Source: Staphylothermus hellenicus DSM 12710
GTDB taxonomy: Archaea > Thermoproteota > Thermoprotei_A > Sulfolobales > Desulfurococcaceae
Reading direction: 5' to 3'
DNA length: 32,000 bases
Assembly (NCBI RefSeq): GCF_000092465.1
Contig: NC_014205.1
Location: 210,001 to 242,000, forward strand
Part shown: piece after piece, positions 1-8,384 of the stretch
How the letters are laid out: each line of letters opens with the position of its first letter
Numbering within the stretch: the stretch's first letter is position 1
Made by a program: the position numbers and the translations under genes
The notes under the pieces: generated by a model
What the model saw: the letters and a program-made list of their open reading frames with translations, nothing else
Told to the model about the DNA's origin: nothing
Database searches by the model: none

Positions 1-4
1 GTAT

Positions 5-108
5 GCGGCGGTCGTCTAGCCTGGACTAGGACGCCGGCCTGCCATACGGGTTCGTGTAGCCGTGTAGAACGCCGGAGATCCCGGGTTCAAATCCCGGCCG
101 CCGCACCA
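5..108 (+). tRNA. tRNA-Gly(GCC) with a ~25-nt intron at 37/38 and an encoded CCA
   Basis: Cloverleaf read by hand. Acceptor GCGGCGG/CCGCCGC, D arm GUCU..GGAC. Anticodon stem CCGGC (34-38)/GCCGG (71-75), loop CUGCCA with GCC at 41-43. The insert at 45-69 separates the loop from the 3' stem. T arm CCGGG-UUCAAAU-CCCGG, discriminator A, CCA at 106-108. Confidence 0.85.
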
Positions 109-118
109 TTTCTCATAT

Positions 119-769
119 CTAATCTTTACTCTTCAATGCTTCATCGATCTTTTTGGAAACCATGTATGCGTTACGAGTATTTATGAGTAGAACCTTTGTA
201 TCATCAACTAGTCTCCTAGCTACGTCAACCTTGTGTCTCAGCCCAGGGGCTAGGGGGTCTGGATAGTTTAGTTTTCTCAGCCACAAATATATTGTCTCCA
301 TAACCTCTAAGTATTTCATAGCTTCTCCTATCTCGCCATTGCCTAGAAGAGATAATACGTGTCTCCGAAGCTCTCCAACAACATCTCCTAGACCCTGTAG
401 ATAGGGAATGTATGGAACACCTATTTCCTTATATGAAGGCATCTCCTTATCCACTATGAGCTTATATGTTATATAAGACTCAGCATACTCGCTTAAACTA
501 TTATATATTAAACCACTATAATAGAGATCAGGATGATCGGCTAGGAGTTCTCGAAGACCAACAATAAGTTCTCCCGCCCGAGAAATATTTCTCCAAGCCT
601 CCTCATACTTCCCCAAATGAATAAGCCTAACAGCTTCCGTACTATACCTTAAAATATCACGCGTAATCCTAATAGCTTCCTCACGAACCTCATCCTTCTT
701 CTTCAAAACATTATCAATAAACAATATATCATTAGCCAAAACCTTCTCAACAACATCCTCCAAAACCAT
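119..769 (-). CDS. Translin-family (COG2178-like) nucleic-acid-binding protein
   Basis: All-helical ORF with the translin-type C-terminal pattern YLQGLGDVVGELRR...LRHKVD. I moved the start to Met13 (ATG 769-767) because the first 12 codons of the track ORF look like read-through of the intergenic region. Confidence 0.65.
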   Translation of the reverse strand: MVLEDVVEKVLANDILFIDNVLKKKDEVREEAIRITRDILRYSTEAVRLIHLGKYEEAWRNISRAGELIVGLRELLADHPDLYYSGLIYNSLSEYAESYITYKLIVDKEMPSYKEIGVPYIPYLQGLGDVVGELRRHVLSLLGNGEIGEAMKYLEVMETIYLWLRKLNYPDPLAPGLRHKVDVARRLVDDTKVLLINTRNAYMVSKKIDEALKSKD

Positions 770-845
770 GAATACACACCCATATAAAACAAAAATATAA
801 ATCATAAAAATAAAAACCCCCTATAAGACAAATAATAATATAGGT

Positions 846-1014
846 CCCGCGGTAGCTCAGCGGCAGAGCGCCCGGCTGTAGTGGGGAAAATCTGAGCCCC
901 CCACCCGCCAGACACCCCCGGAAACCTGGGGAGATAGAATGATGGCGGGGCGGCAAAATAGAGGGCTCAGCAGATACCGGGTGGTCGGGGGTTCAAGTCC
1001 CCCCCGCGGGACCA
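846..1014 (+). tRNA. tRNA-Tyr(GUA) with a 94-nt intron (882-975) at 37/38 and an encoded CCA
   Basis: Acceptor CCCGCGG/CCGCGGG gives the C1:G72 pair typical of archaeal tRNA-Tyr. D arm GCUC..GAGC. Anticodon stem CCCGG (871-875)/CCGGG (977-981), loop CUGUAG with GUA at 878-880. T arm GGGGG-UUCAAGU-CCCCC, A73, CCA at 1012-1014. Confidence 0.9.
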
Positions 1015-1090
1015 TTTTTAACTCATAATGGTCTTAAGCAGGTGTATGAGTATCTTCTACTGTATATACAGATAGTATTATGATCGGATC

Positions 1091-1285
1091 TTATTTTCTT
1101 TCAAGCATTTTTATAATACCTAAAGCAACTCTTCTACTCTTCGTTCTCACAATTATTTCATCACCCATTTCGATCAATTCTATTTGTCCCCGATACCTTT
1201 TCACAATAATGTTGGCTAGGCTCTGTGGAGCTTTAACTATATAGTATCCATCAGGGTCTTTTGAGCCTAGAAGATTTTTCGTCAT
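1091..1285 (-). CDS. Small conserved-looking hypothetical protein (64 aa)
   Basis: Clean ORF with balanced, basic composition. I recognise no motif. Confidence 0.5.
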   Translation of the reverse strand: MTKNLLGSKDPDGYYIVKAPQSLANIIVKRYRGQIELIEMGDEIIVRTKSRRVALGIIKMLERK

Positions 1286-1363
1286 CTCTGCTCACAATAT
1301 ATTTAGAATTAGTTGATTAGCTATTATATAATTATTATATTAATATTAGCTTGATTTGTTGAT

Positions 1364-2131
1364 TTAGGATATGTTTCCAAGACTTTTCAGATACTTAGCT
1401 AGTTTTGCGTCTGCTTCTTCCAAGTATTTATCGAAGTAAGTATGAAAGATCATTAGTAGGTTTTCCAGTAGGCTTATATAGTCTTTTTTCTCGGCGTTTT
1501 TCTTTATTTCACTAATTATTTTTAGAAAGTCTTTATGCCACGTAATATGTATTTTATAGTCTTCTTTGTAGTGTTTATTATATTTTGTCTGCAGCATGAG
1601 GTCTTCTTCGGTTTTGAAGTGTTTCTTCTCCGTATGTTCATAGAGTTTCTCGGCGAGATTCTTCAAGTTTTTGAGGTCTCCTCTAATAATTGCTAGTATT
1701 AAATTATCCATTAACCCGAACATTTCTATATGGAGTTGATCCATTATTTTTATTCCGCACAAGTATTTATTGATAAATCTATATGTTGGCTGTTTTACTC
1801 TGTATACTGTTATTATGCATGGATTATTAAGTGATCTCAACATGTTTTTAACATCTTCCTTTTCATTAATCTCCAGTTTTCCCGGCCCTATATTGGTGAT
1901 TACACCATTATAGACGAGTAATTCTAGAAAAATAGAATCTCTAATGCTATATAGAAATATACCATTACCTCTTTTCATAATATCATTATATAGGTCTTCG
2001 GCACAATTATTTGATTTATATTCATCAATGAATTCTTGTTCTAATAGAAGCTTCAATTTTTCCAGGTCAATATTGTGTATTATATCAACTATATTATCAA
2101 CAACAAGATCATATAGGGACATTCTCATCAA
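1364..2131 (-). CDS. Hypothetical protein with a C-terminal hemerythrin-like (HHE cation-binding) domain
   Basis: The C-terminal ~130 aa carry the bacteriohemerythrin ligand pattern in order: MDQLHIEMF, HFKTEEDLM, HITWH (HxxxH), FHTYFD. The N-terminal ~125 aa are unassigned. Confidence 0.5.
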   Translation of the reverse strand: MMRMSLYDLVVDNIVDIIHNIDLEKLKLLLEQEFIDEYKSNNCAEDLYNDIMKRGNGIFLYSIRDSIFLELLVYNGVITNIGPGKLEINEKEDVKNMLRSLNNPCIITVYRVKQPTYRFINKYLCGIKIMDQLHIEMFGLMDNLILAIIRGDLKNLKNLAEKLYEHTEKKHFKTEEDLMLQTKYNKHYKEDYKIHITWHKDFLKIISEIKKNAEKKDYISLLENLLMIFHTYFDKYLEEADAKLAKYLKSLGNIS

Positions 2132-2249
2132 CCATGTAAATAAGTATAAATATATGTTATTATGTGTTAATTAAGAATGTTTCTTCTATTTTAAACTGGA
2201 CTAGTATTAATTAAGCACGATAAAATATGATATAGTTGAGGGGTAATCG

Positions 2250-2621
2250 ATGAATATTAGACAGGTTCTCGAGTCAGAAAATGATCCAGATAAGCTTCTA
2301 GGAGATATTCTGAGAGTATTGGCTGTGTATAGGAAACTATGGGTTTCAGAAATAGTTAGTGAAATAGCTTCTCTTAGGAAAACTCTTGGCGAAGAAGAGG
2401 TTGGTGAGAAGCAGGTTCGTGAAGCATTGTATAAGCTTATGAGTAAAAATATAGTGGTGGGGGATAGGAGGACGAGGACAACTTTTAGAGGCAGCGTTGA
2501 AGAATATCTTGTAGAGCTTAATATAACACCGGATCTGGCTAATTTAATTAATAAGGATGAAAGGCTTAGAAAATATCTCACCGAAAAATATAATGCTCTT
2601 AAACAATTAGGTGAAAAATAA
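2250..2621 (+). CDS. Hypothetical protein, possibly winged-helix (123 aa)
   Basis: Charged, protein-like composition with GAGGGG 6 nt upstream of the ATG. The overlapping antisense ORF 2207-2581 is Ser/Leu-rich and looks spurious. Confidence 0.6.
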   Translation: MNIRQVLESENDPDKLLGDILRVLAVYRKLWVSEIVSEIASLRKTLGEEEVGEKQVREALYKLMSKNIVVGDRRTRTTFRGSVEEYLVELNITPDLANLINKDERLRKYLTEKYNALKQLGEK

Positions 2622-2712
2622 ATAATTTCTCCGCTCTAAAACACTGGTGCCTCGTTTATACAATACAATTAGTTATAGATGAGTAAAAGAACATATCATA
2701 TAATTAATTATT

Positions 2713-3447
2713 TTGGTGTATTCGGGCTTGAATACTGGGAAAAGACTGCCTGATTATGTTATTAACGCTGTTTCTAAGAGGATTGCCGGCGATATTCTCC
2801 TAAGCGATGAGCCCGGGAAATATATTAGGAAATGGCGTGAAATCTATGGGCTTGGACAAGTAGATGTTGCACGATTAATGAGTGTATCTCATAGTGTTTT
2901 AAGCGATTACGAGAGAGGTAAAAGAGCCGCAGGCAGATCATTTATACGCAAATTTATATCAGCACTTATGAAACATGACTCAGCAAGAGGATGGATTATT
3001 ACTCGGAGAATTGCTAGGTTACTAAGTATCTATATTGAGGGAATACTTGATATAGGCGAGTTCAGAGAACCATTACGACTCGATGAACTAGTAGATATGG
3101 TTAAGGGCATCCTCTTAACTTCGAATATTGAGCATAGACCAATACTTGGATACACAGTTCTGGATAGTGTTGCAACTATACAATCAATATCAGCGAACGA
3201 GTTTGTGCGAATACTCGGTGCTACCAGTGATCGAGTAGTTGTATTCACAAATATTACGAGAGGTAGATCCGTGATGGTTGCTACAAGAGTTTCACCCATT
3301 AAACCAAGCGTCATAGTTCTACATGGGATCAAGAAGGTTGATCCTCTTGCCATAAGGATAGGGGATATAGAGAATATTCCATTAATACAGTCTACGATCG
3401 ATATTGGTGAGGTAATTAAAAGTTTTAGGCAAAGATCTCTAATATAG
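2713..3447 (+). CDS. XRE-type helix-turn-helix transcriptional regulator with a C-terminal uncharacterised domain (COG1709-like)
   Basis: N-terminal HTH_3-like segment IRKWREIYGLGQVDVARLMSVSHSVLSDYERGKR. TTG start at 2713 (GTG at 2716 is an alternative). Confidence 0.6.
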   Translation: MVYSGLNTGKRLPDYVINAVSKRIAGDILLSDEPGKYIRKWREIYGLGQVDVARLMSVSHSVLSDYERGKRAAGRSFIRKFISALMKHDSARGWIITRRIARLLSIYIEGILDIGEFREPLRLDELVDMVKGILLTSNIEHRPILGYTVLDSVATIQSISANEFVRILGATSDRVVVFTNITRGRSVMVATRVSPIKPSVIVLHGIKKVDPLAIRIGDIENIPLIQSTIDIGEVIKSFRQRSLI

Positions 3448-3453
3448 TGATGA

Positions 3454-5595
3454 TCATATATTACAGGGTTTGGAGCCGAGAATTAAAAACCCATATTCTC
3501 TAAGCAATACATTATTTACATGTTGATCTATGCTGTTCCCACTATAGATATCGAAGCGGTATTTCCCAAGTTTTCCCAGATCAATACTTATGTTTTGCTT
3601 AGAAATATTGAGTATGAAAATTGTTTCTTCATCATTAATCCATCTCTTTATAAGTAATAGATTATTGTCCCAATTCTCTGCTGAGAAATAACCATGTCTT
3701 ATTGATCTGCAGGATTTATGTATTCTTATTAATTTCTTAATGTGCTCGTATAATTCCAGATCCCAGCTTCCACGATCCCAGTTCATAGGTCTACGATTAT
3801 CCGGATCTCTTCCTCCCTCCAACCCTATTTCATCACCATAATAGATAACGGGAGAGCCTGGTAATGCAAAGATTAATACATACATTAGCTTTAACAATTT
3901 ATTGTTCTGAACAATCGATTTTATTCGTGGAACATCATGTGATCCAAGCATATTATATAGTGATAATGCTTTATAGTGGGGTATGTATGCATACATACTG
4001 TTTATTCTGGAAATAAATTCGTTTAAACCTATTCTCTTATAAATAAATAGTTCTAGGATGGCTTTTCTTAAATAATAATTCATTGCCGAATCGTAGTAAT
4101 TCATGTATATTCGCGGGTTCTCAGCCAGCTCTCCTAGAACTAGAAAGTCTGGATAAGTATTCTTTACGTATTCATAGTATTGTTTTATCCATGAATAATG
4201 AATACCCATTGCAACATCTATTCTAAAACCATCCACTCCCTTATCAACCCAGAATTTAGTGATATCTAGAAAGTAATCTACTGTTTCTGGATTGTCGTGG
4301 TTAAACTTTGCCATTAACCAGATATTAAAGAATGCTTCATAAAATGGCTTATTATTTTTGAAATAATCATGCCTATATAGTTCCCTTGAACGACATTCCT
4401 CTCCACCAATATATTTTAGCACTAGCTCAGCTACTTCTTTGGGTAGAGGAGAGAGGAAGCTGAACATTTCCCAGTATGGAGAATTCTCTCCCTCCCTCAG
4501 TGCTTTAACAAATAATTTATTGCATGGATTAGTATGATGCATAGTAATGTCTAGGATGATCTTTATTTTCTTATCATGTAGCTTGCGAACAAGCTTTTCG
4601 AAATCCTTCATTGAGCCTAGATATTTATCTATTGATTTATAATCGATTGTATCGTATCTGTGATAGCTTGTGGAGGGAAATATTGGTGTTAAATATATTG
4701 TTTCAACACCTAGATCCTCCAAGTGATCAATATGTTTCATAATACCTGCCAAGTCTCCTCCATAATATCCATGTTCTCTCGGTATAATTCTCCTAATCTT
4801 GTTGGGAGGATCATTTTTAGGGTCTCCGTTCTCAAAGCTATCGATAAATATTTGGTAATATAATGTGCCCATATACCATCTAGGTTCATCTACTCCTGGA
4901 ATACTCGTAGTATCGACAACTATATATGAGGAATTCGTTGAAACTCCTTCATCACCATAGAATAATGTCTTATCATTATAGTTAAAGATGAAGCGGTAGC
5001 GTAGAACACTTCTATTAGGGACAATGTATTGATAAACTATATTATTTCCTAAAACATATTTTGTCGATGGTTCACGTATTTCTTTTCCTAAATCTATTAG
5101 TGGATCATTTATTTCACGTGGGGCTATGAGTCTAATTATGATTTCATTGTTGAATCTATGAATAAATCCAGGTTCTTCTATATGTATGATTCTATCAAGT
5201 GGATTGCTTGGTTCTCTAATGGTTAGCTTTGATAAACATTTTCGGTATTCTGGGAAAAACGATGTGTATACGCATTTTTTCTCTTCATTGTCCGGATCAT
5301 ATATGTTTTCGAAATCATTATCTATTTGGAACCCATAACCATATTCTCCAGGCCATAGTTTTAAATATACAATACCTTGTTCTCCGATCTTTCTAAGTTT
5401 TACAAAGCCTGGGTATAGGCTTGTGAATTCTCCTATTAGATAAATATTTTTAGCATTAGGGGGCCAATGCCTTGTAAACTTAACTATGTATCTTCCCTTT
5501 CTCCCCTTACCATATATTTCTCTCCTAATAATTATGTACATTTTCCCATTCAACCATGCTAGAATAGTTTCTTTTACATCTTGTGTTTCCACCAT
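3454..5595 (-). CDS. GH13 alpha-amylase family enzyme (cyclomaltodextrinase/maltogenic-amylase/neopullulanase type), cytoplasmic
   Basis: The four GH13 conserved regions are present: DITMHHTN (I), DGFRIDVAMG (II, nucleophile Asp), VLGELAE (III, acid/base Glu), LGSHDVPR (IV). Long N-terminal extension; no signal peptide seen. Confidence 0.9.
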   Translation of the reverse strand: MVETQDVKETILAWLNGKMYIIIRREIYGKGRKGRYIVKFTRHWPPNAKNIYLIGEFTSLYPGFVKLRKIGEQGIVYLKLWPGEYGYGFQIDNDFENIYDPDNEEKKCVYTSFFPEYRKCLSKLTIREPSNPLDRIIHIEEPGFIHRFNNEIIIRLIAPREINDPLIDLGKEIREPSTKYVLGNNIVYQYIVPNRSVLRYRFIFNYNDKTLFYGDEGVSTNSSYIVVDTTSIPGVDEPRWYMGTLYYQIFIDSFENGDPKNDPPNKIRRIIPREHGYYGGDLAGIMKHIDHLEDLGVETIYLTPIFPSTSYHRYDTIDYKSIDKYLGSMKDFEKLVRKLHDKKIKIILDITMHHTNPCNKLFVKALREGENSPYWEMFSFLSPLPKEVAELVLKYIGGEECRSRELYRHDYFKNNKPFYEAFFNIWLMAKFNHDNPETVDYFLDITKFWVDKGVDGFRIDVAMGIHYSWIKQYYEYVKNTYPDFLVLGELAENPRIYMNYYDSAMNYYLRKAILELFIYKRIGLNEFISRINSMYAYIPHYKALSLYNMLGSHDVPRIKSIVQNNKLLKLMYVLIFALPGSPVIYYGDEIGLEGGRDPDNRRPMNWDRGSWDLELYEHIKKLIRIHKSCRSIRHGYFSAENWDNNLLLIKRWINDEETIFILNISKQNISIDLGKLGKYRFDIYSGNSIDQHVNNVLLREYGFLILGSKPCNI

Positions 5596-7259
5596 ATTCT
5601 AGATAATATGTATTTTTCTAAATTCTCAGTAGTAATTATTCCTGCATATTCACCTTTCTCATCTTTTAAGAGCAGTGTTTCAACATTATATCTTGATAAT
5701 AACCTTGTTGCTTCCTTGATCGTAATACTTTTCTCTATTGTGGGAATAGGATTTATTATCTTAGGTGTTATTACCGAGTCTTTTGTGCTCACTAGTTTTT
5801 TAACATCGATAGCACCGATTGGTGTATGGTTTTCATCTACGACTGGTATATAGGTGTGATTTGAATTGATATAAATATGATAAGCTTTATCCGTTGGGTC
5901 TCCGAGTAGTAATGGTACTGGAATACTGTGTGCTGCATCATGTATTCCTGCATTTAATATTTTTGGATCTATAGAGTTAGCTCTGTAGGCTACTGTAATT
6001 ATCCGTTCTATGGATGCTCTTAACCTGGTTTTTCTCTGTGTCTTATATAATACAGTGTTTCCCATTAGTTCGCGGACTATGAATGATGATAGAATTGTTG
6101 GAAAGATCAATGTGTAGCTGCCGGAGATCTCGGTTACTAATATACTTATTCCTAATGGTGCTGTTGAAGCTGCACCATAGAATGCTGCAATACCAGCATA
6201 TACATAAACTAGTGGGGGTAATGATGATAAGTGCTTACCTATAATTGAGTAGAATACTAGTCCAGACAATCCTCCAATGAATAAGCTGGGTCCAAAATAT
6301 CCAGCACTAGCACCAGATCTTATTGTTGCAGATGTTGCAATCATCTTTAAAATTATTAATACTAGTAGTAGTAGGGGTGTTTTTAGATAGATTTTCTCTA
6401 CATATATCTCTAAGAATTTATCGTATCCAATGCCGCCAACTTGTGGGAAAATAAACACTGTTACCCCGACTAGTGCAGCTAGCATAAATACTGGTAATAA
6501 ATCATTAGTCCCAAGCATGGTCTTCTTATATTTTTCGATAAGTCTATCTAGATAAATAAATACATAGACTAGTACTGTAATAAACAATGATAACAATACA
6601 TAGATCACGATGTTTATGGGTTCTAAAATCCTCGCCAACGATATAGTTATTTGTGGCATATAGATTACTTTCCCCATGATTACCGAGGACATAACATAGC
6701 CGATAATACTCGAGGAAAATACTGGGATAATATACTTGGTTTCCAAATCCTTTCTATAAGGGATCTCTATAGCGTAAAACAATGATCCGAGAGGAGCTTG
6801 GAAGATGTAGGAGAGAGAAGAAGCTATTCCAGACAACATTAATGCTTTTCTCTCCGGATAACTTAGTTTCAATCGATCAGAAAGTAATCCTCCAATATAT
6901 CCGCCAAAATATATGGAGGGTCCTTGTAAACCCCCGCTTCCGCCTCCGCCAATAGTTGTTATTGTTGAGAAAAACTTTGAGACAAGATTGGTTTTTCTCA
7001 ATTTACGGAATGGTAAGTGATACTCATATATAATGTTTTCAACACCAGCACCCATAGCATGTTTTGCATGGGTGACTCGTAGTATAAGATATCCAGCTAT
7101 GATAGAGAGGAATGCTATAAGTGCTAATAGAAGATTAGAAGATATTGTTTCATCTATTACTGAGCCATAAGCGTTCAATGCATAAATAAATCCAGCAATA
7201 AATAAACTGGAAATAAAACTTACAATTAGAGATAGAGCTATGAGCTTCAAACCAGGCAA
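5574..7259 (-). CDS. ClC-family chloride channel/transporter homologue with a C-terminal CBS pair
   Basis: ClC selectivity-filter blocks GAGVENI, GGLQGPSIYFGG, GYFGPSLFIGG and the conserved Tyr in EISGSYTLIFP. Two CBS-like segments at the C terminus (IPVVDENHTPIGAIDV, LLLKDEKGEYAGIIT). Overlaps the GH13 start by 22 nt. Confidence 0.85.
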   Translation of the reverse strand: MPGLKLIALSLIVSFISSLFIAGFIYALNAYGSVIDETISSNLLLALIAFLSIIAGYLILRVTHAKHAMGAGVENIIYEYHLPFRKLRKTNLVSKFFSTITTIGGGGSGGLQGPSIYFGGYIGGLLSDRLKLSYPERKALMLSGIASSLSYIFQAPLGSLFYAIEIPYRKDLETKYIIPVFSSSIIGYVMSSVIMGKVIYMPQITISLARILEPINIVIYVLLSLFITVLVYVFIYLDRLIEKYKKTMLGTNDLLPVFMLAALVGVTVFIFPQVGGIGYDKFLEIYVEKIYLKTPLLLLVLIILKMIATSATIRSGASAGYFGPSLFIGGLSGLVFYSIIGKHLSSLPPLVYVYAGIAAFYGAASTAPLGISILVTEISGSYTLIFPTILSSFIVRELMGNTVLYKTQRKTRLRASIERIITVAYRANSIDPKILNAGIHDAAHSIPVPLLLGDPTDKAYHIYINSNHTYIPVVDENHTPIGAIDVKKLVSTKDSVITPKIINPIPTIEKSITIKEATRLLSRYNVETLLLKDEKGEYAGIITTENLEKYILSRIWWKHKM

Positions 7260-7335
7260 AACAATCTACCTACTACACTATGAAGCACTCTATAAGAAAT
7301 AATAATTAATACATAGGAATTTAAACCAGGAGAAG

Positions 7336-7440
7336 TGGGCCCGCGGGGATTTGAACCCCGGACCTCCGCCTCTCCTAACGGGCCTAACCATTCACACTGC
7401 TCGTAAGGGCGGCGTCCTAACCAGGCTAGACGACGGGCCC
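7336..7440 (-). tRNA. tRNA-Val(UAC) with a ~30-nt intron (about 7372-7401); no encoded CCA
   Basis: Reverse complement folds as GGGCCCG / GUCU..GGAC / CCGCC-CUUACG-[intron]-A-GGCGG / CGGGG-UUCAAAU-CCCCG / CGGGCCC-A. Anticodon UAC at 7405-7403. Confidence 0.85.
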
Positions 7441-7591
7441 CTCTACAAACAGTTTTATCTTTCATTCAAATAGTCTAGAAACTAGGTGGTTAAATCTTTT
7501 ACGCAACTACAAGCCCTAGACACATAATGGATAAGGATACTGGATACTAGCATGGATGCATACTATGATAAAGTTAAAGGAGCCATTATGG

Positions 7592-7676
7592 TGCGGGGGG
7601 TGGGATTTGAACCCACGCAGGCCTACGCCATCGGGTCCTGAGCCCGACCCCTTTGACCATGCTCGGGCACCCCCGC
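7592..7676 (-). tRNA. tRNA-Leu(CAG), class II with a long variable arm, no intron
   Basis: Reverse complement: acceptor GCGGGGG/CCCCCGC, anticodon stem UCGGG/CCCGA, loop CUCAGGA (CAG, G37). Long variable arm UGGCGUAGGCCUGC. T arm GUGGG-UUCAAAU-CCCAC, A73. Confidence 0.9.
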
Positions 7677-7685
7677 ACTGCTTCA

Positions 7686-8363
7686 TTATTTGTTTCCTAG
7701 CTTAAGGGGTTTAAAGGTTTGTTTTATACATTTCGGAGGGACTTTTGGTGCTAAATATATTTTTTCTGTAGCCTTATATAATGGGATTCTCTTTTCTTTT
7801 AAGCACATAGTATCTATTATGAGCACAACTGGTTTTCCACGCCTCTTCCCTGTTTCTACAGCGTTTTCTAAACTAGTTGTTAAATGTACGAATTGTCTCT
7901 TCATAGGTTTTAAGCCCTCAATCATTATCTTGGCTAGTTTATCCATGCTTGTACCATGATATAATTGGGTAGAAGGGTATTCTAATTCATATTTTATCTT
8001 AACATTTATACTGTGCCCATATCTAGCTCTAATCTTGTTATCTCGTATTTCGAATCTACCCTTAGGATCTAGTTTTGCAACTGCTATGATATGTTCTTTG
8101 CTCAGCCATTGGTAGAGTTCCTTGTTTCTCCACCTAGTCTTTATTCCTTCAACGAGTTCATCTATATCCACCCAGCCCTCACTATCAATTCTTAAACTAG
8201 CTTCCCACGGATAATGTCTTAGAAGCCCAGATAAAAGCTTGCTCAGCTTCAACCTCTTATTAGCATCAAGTAATAGTTTAGCTTCTACACCGCAATGAAT
8301 AGGTGTTTCAACATATTCTCCGCAAATTCTACATTTATAGATAGGCTTCATTTCTCGATCCAT
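7686..8363 (-). CDS. kptA: RNA 2'-phosphotransferase (Tpt1/KptA family) with an N-terminal Cys/His knuckle
   Basis: KptA blocks LSKLLSGLLRHYPWE, GWVDIDELV, RFEI...IRARYGHSI, LYHGT, RQFVHL. The extra N-terminal ~35 aa contain CRIC-x8-HC. Confidence 0.8.
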   Translation of the reverse strand: MDREMKPIYKCRICGEYVETPIHCGVEAKLLLDANKRLKLSKLLSGLLRHYPWEASLRIDSEGWVDIDELVEGIKTRWRNKELYQWLSKEHIIAVAKLDPKGRFEIRDNKIRARYGHSINVKIKYELEYPSTQLYHGTSMDKLAKIMIEGLKPMKRQFVHLTTSLENAVETGKRRGKPVVLIIDTMCLKEKRIPLYKATEKIYLAPKVPPKCIKQTFKPLKLGNK

Positions 8364-8384
8364 ATAGGTTTTGCATTATTTTTT

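Noticed and set aside
747-956. 69-aa ORF on the minus strand
   Set aside because: It lies antisense across tRNA-Tyr and its GC-rich intron. The Gly/Pro/Arg-rich translation is what GC-rich RNA genes give by chance.
882-975. Circularly permuted C/D-box sRNA inside the tRNA-Tyr intron. AUGAUGG at 939-945 and CUGA at 892-895 would be 40 nt apart across the circularisation junction.
   Set aside because: The spacing is attractive, but the CUGA is buried in a perfect 8-bp helix (892-899/963-970). The C-like box has a terminal G and overlaps a second helix, and no C'/D' boxes exist. The rod-like fold explains the sequence better.
2207-2581. Antisense shadow ORFs inside real genes (for example 2207-2581, 3030-3353, 11408-11725, 11810-12154, 18037-18474, 22628-22972, 29797-30129)
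   Set aside because: Their Ser/Leu/Ile-rich, low-complexity translations are typical of the reverse strand of AT-rich coding DNA. Each is fully nested in a gene with clear motifs.
7247-7465. 72-aa ORF on the minus strand
   Set aside because: It fully covers tRNA-Val, and its composition is driven by the tRNA sequence.
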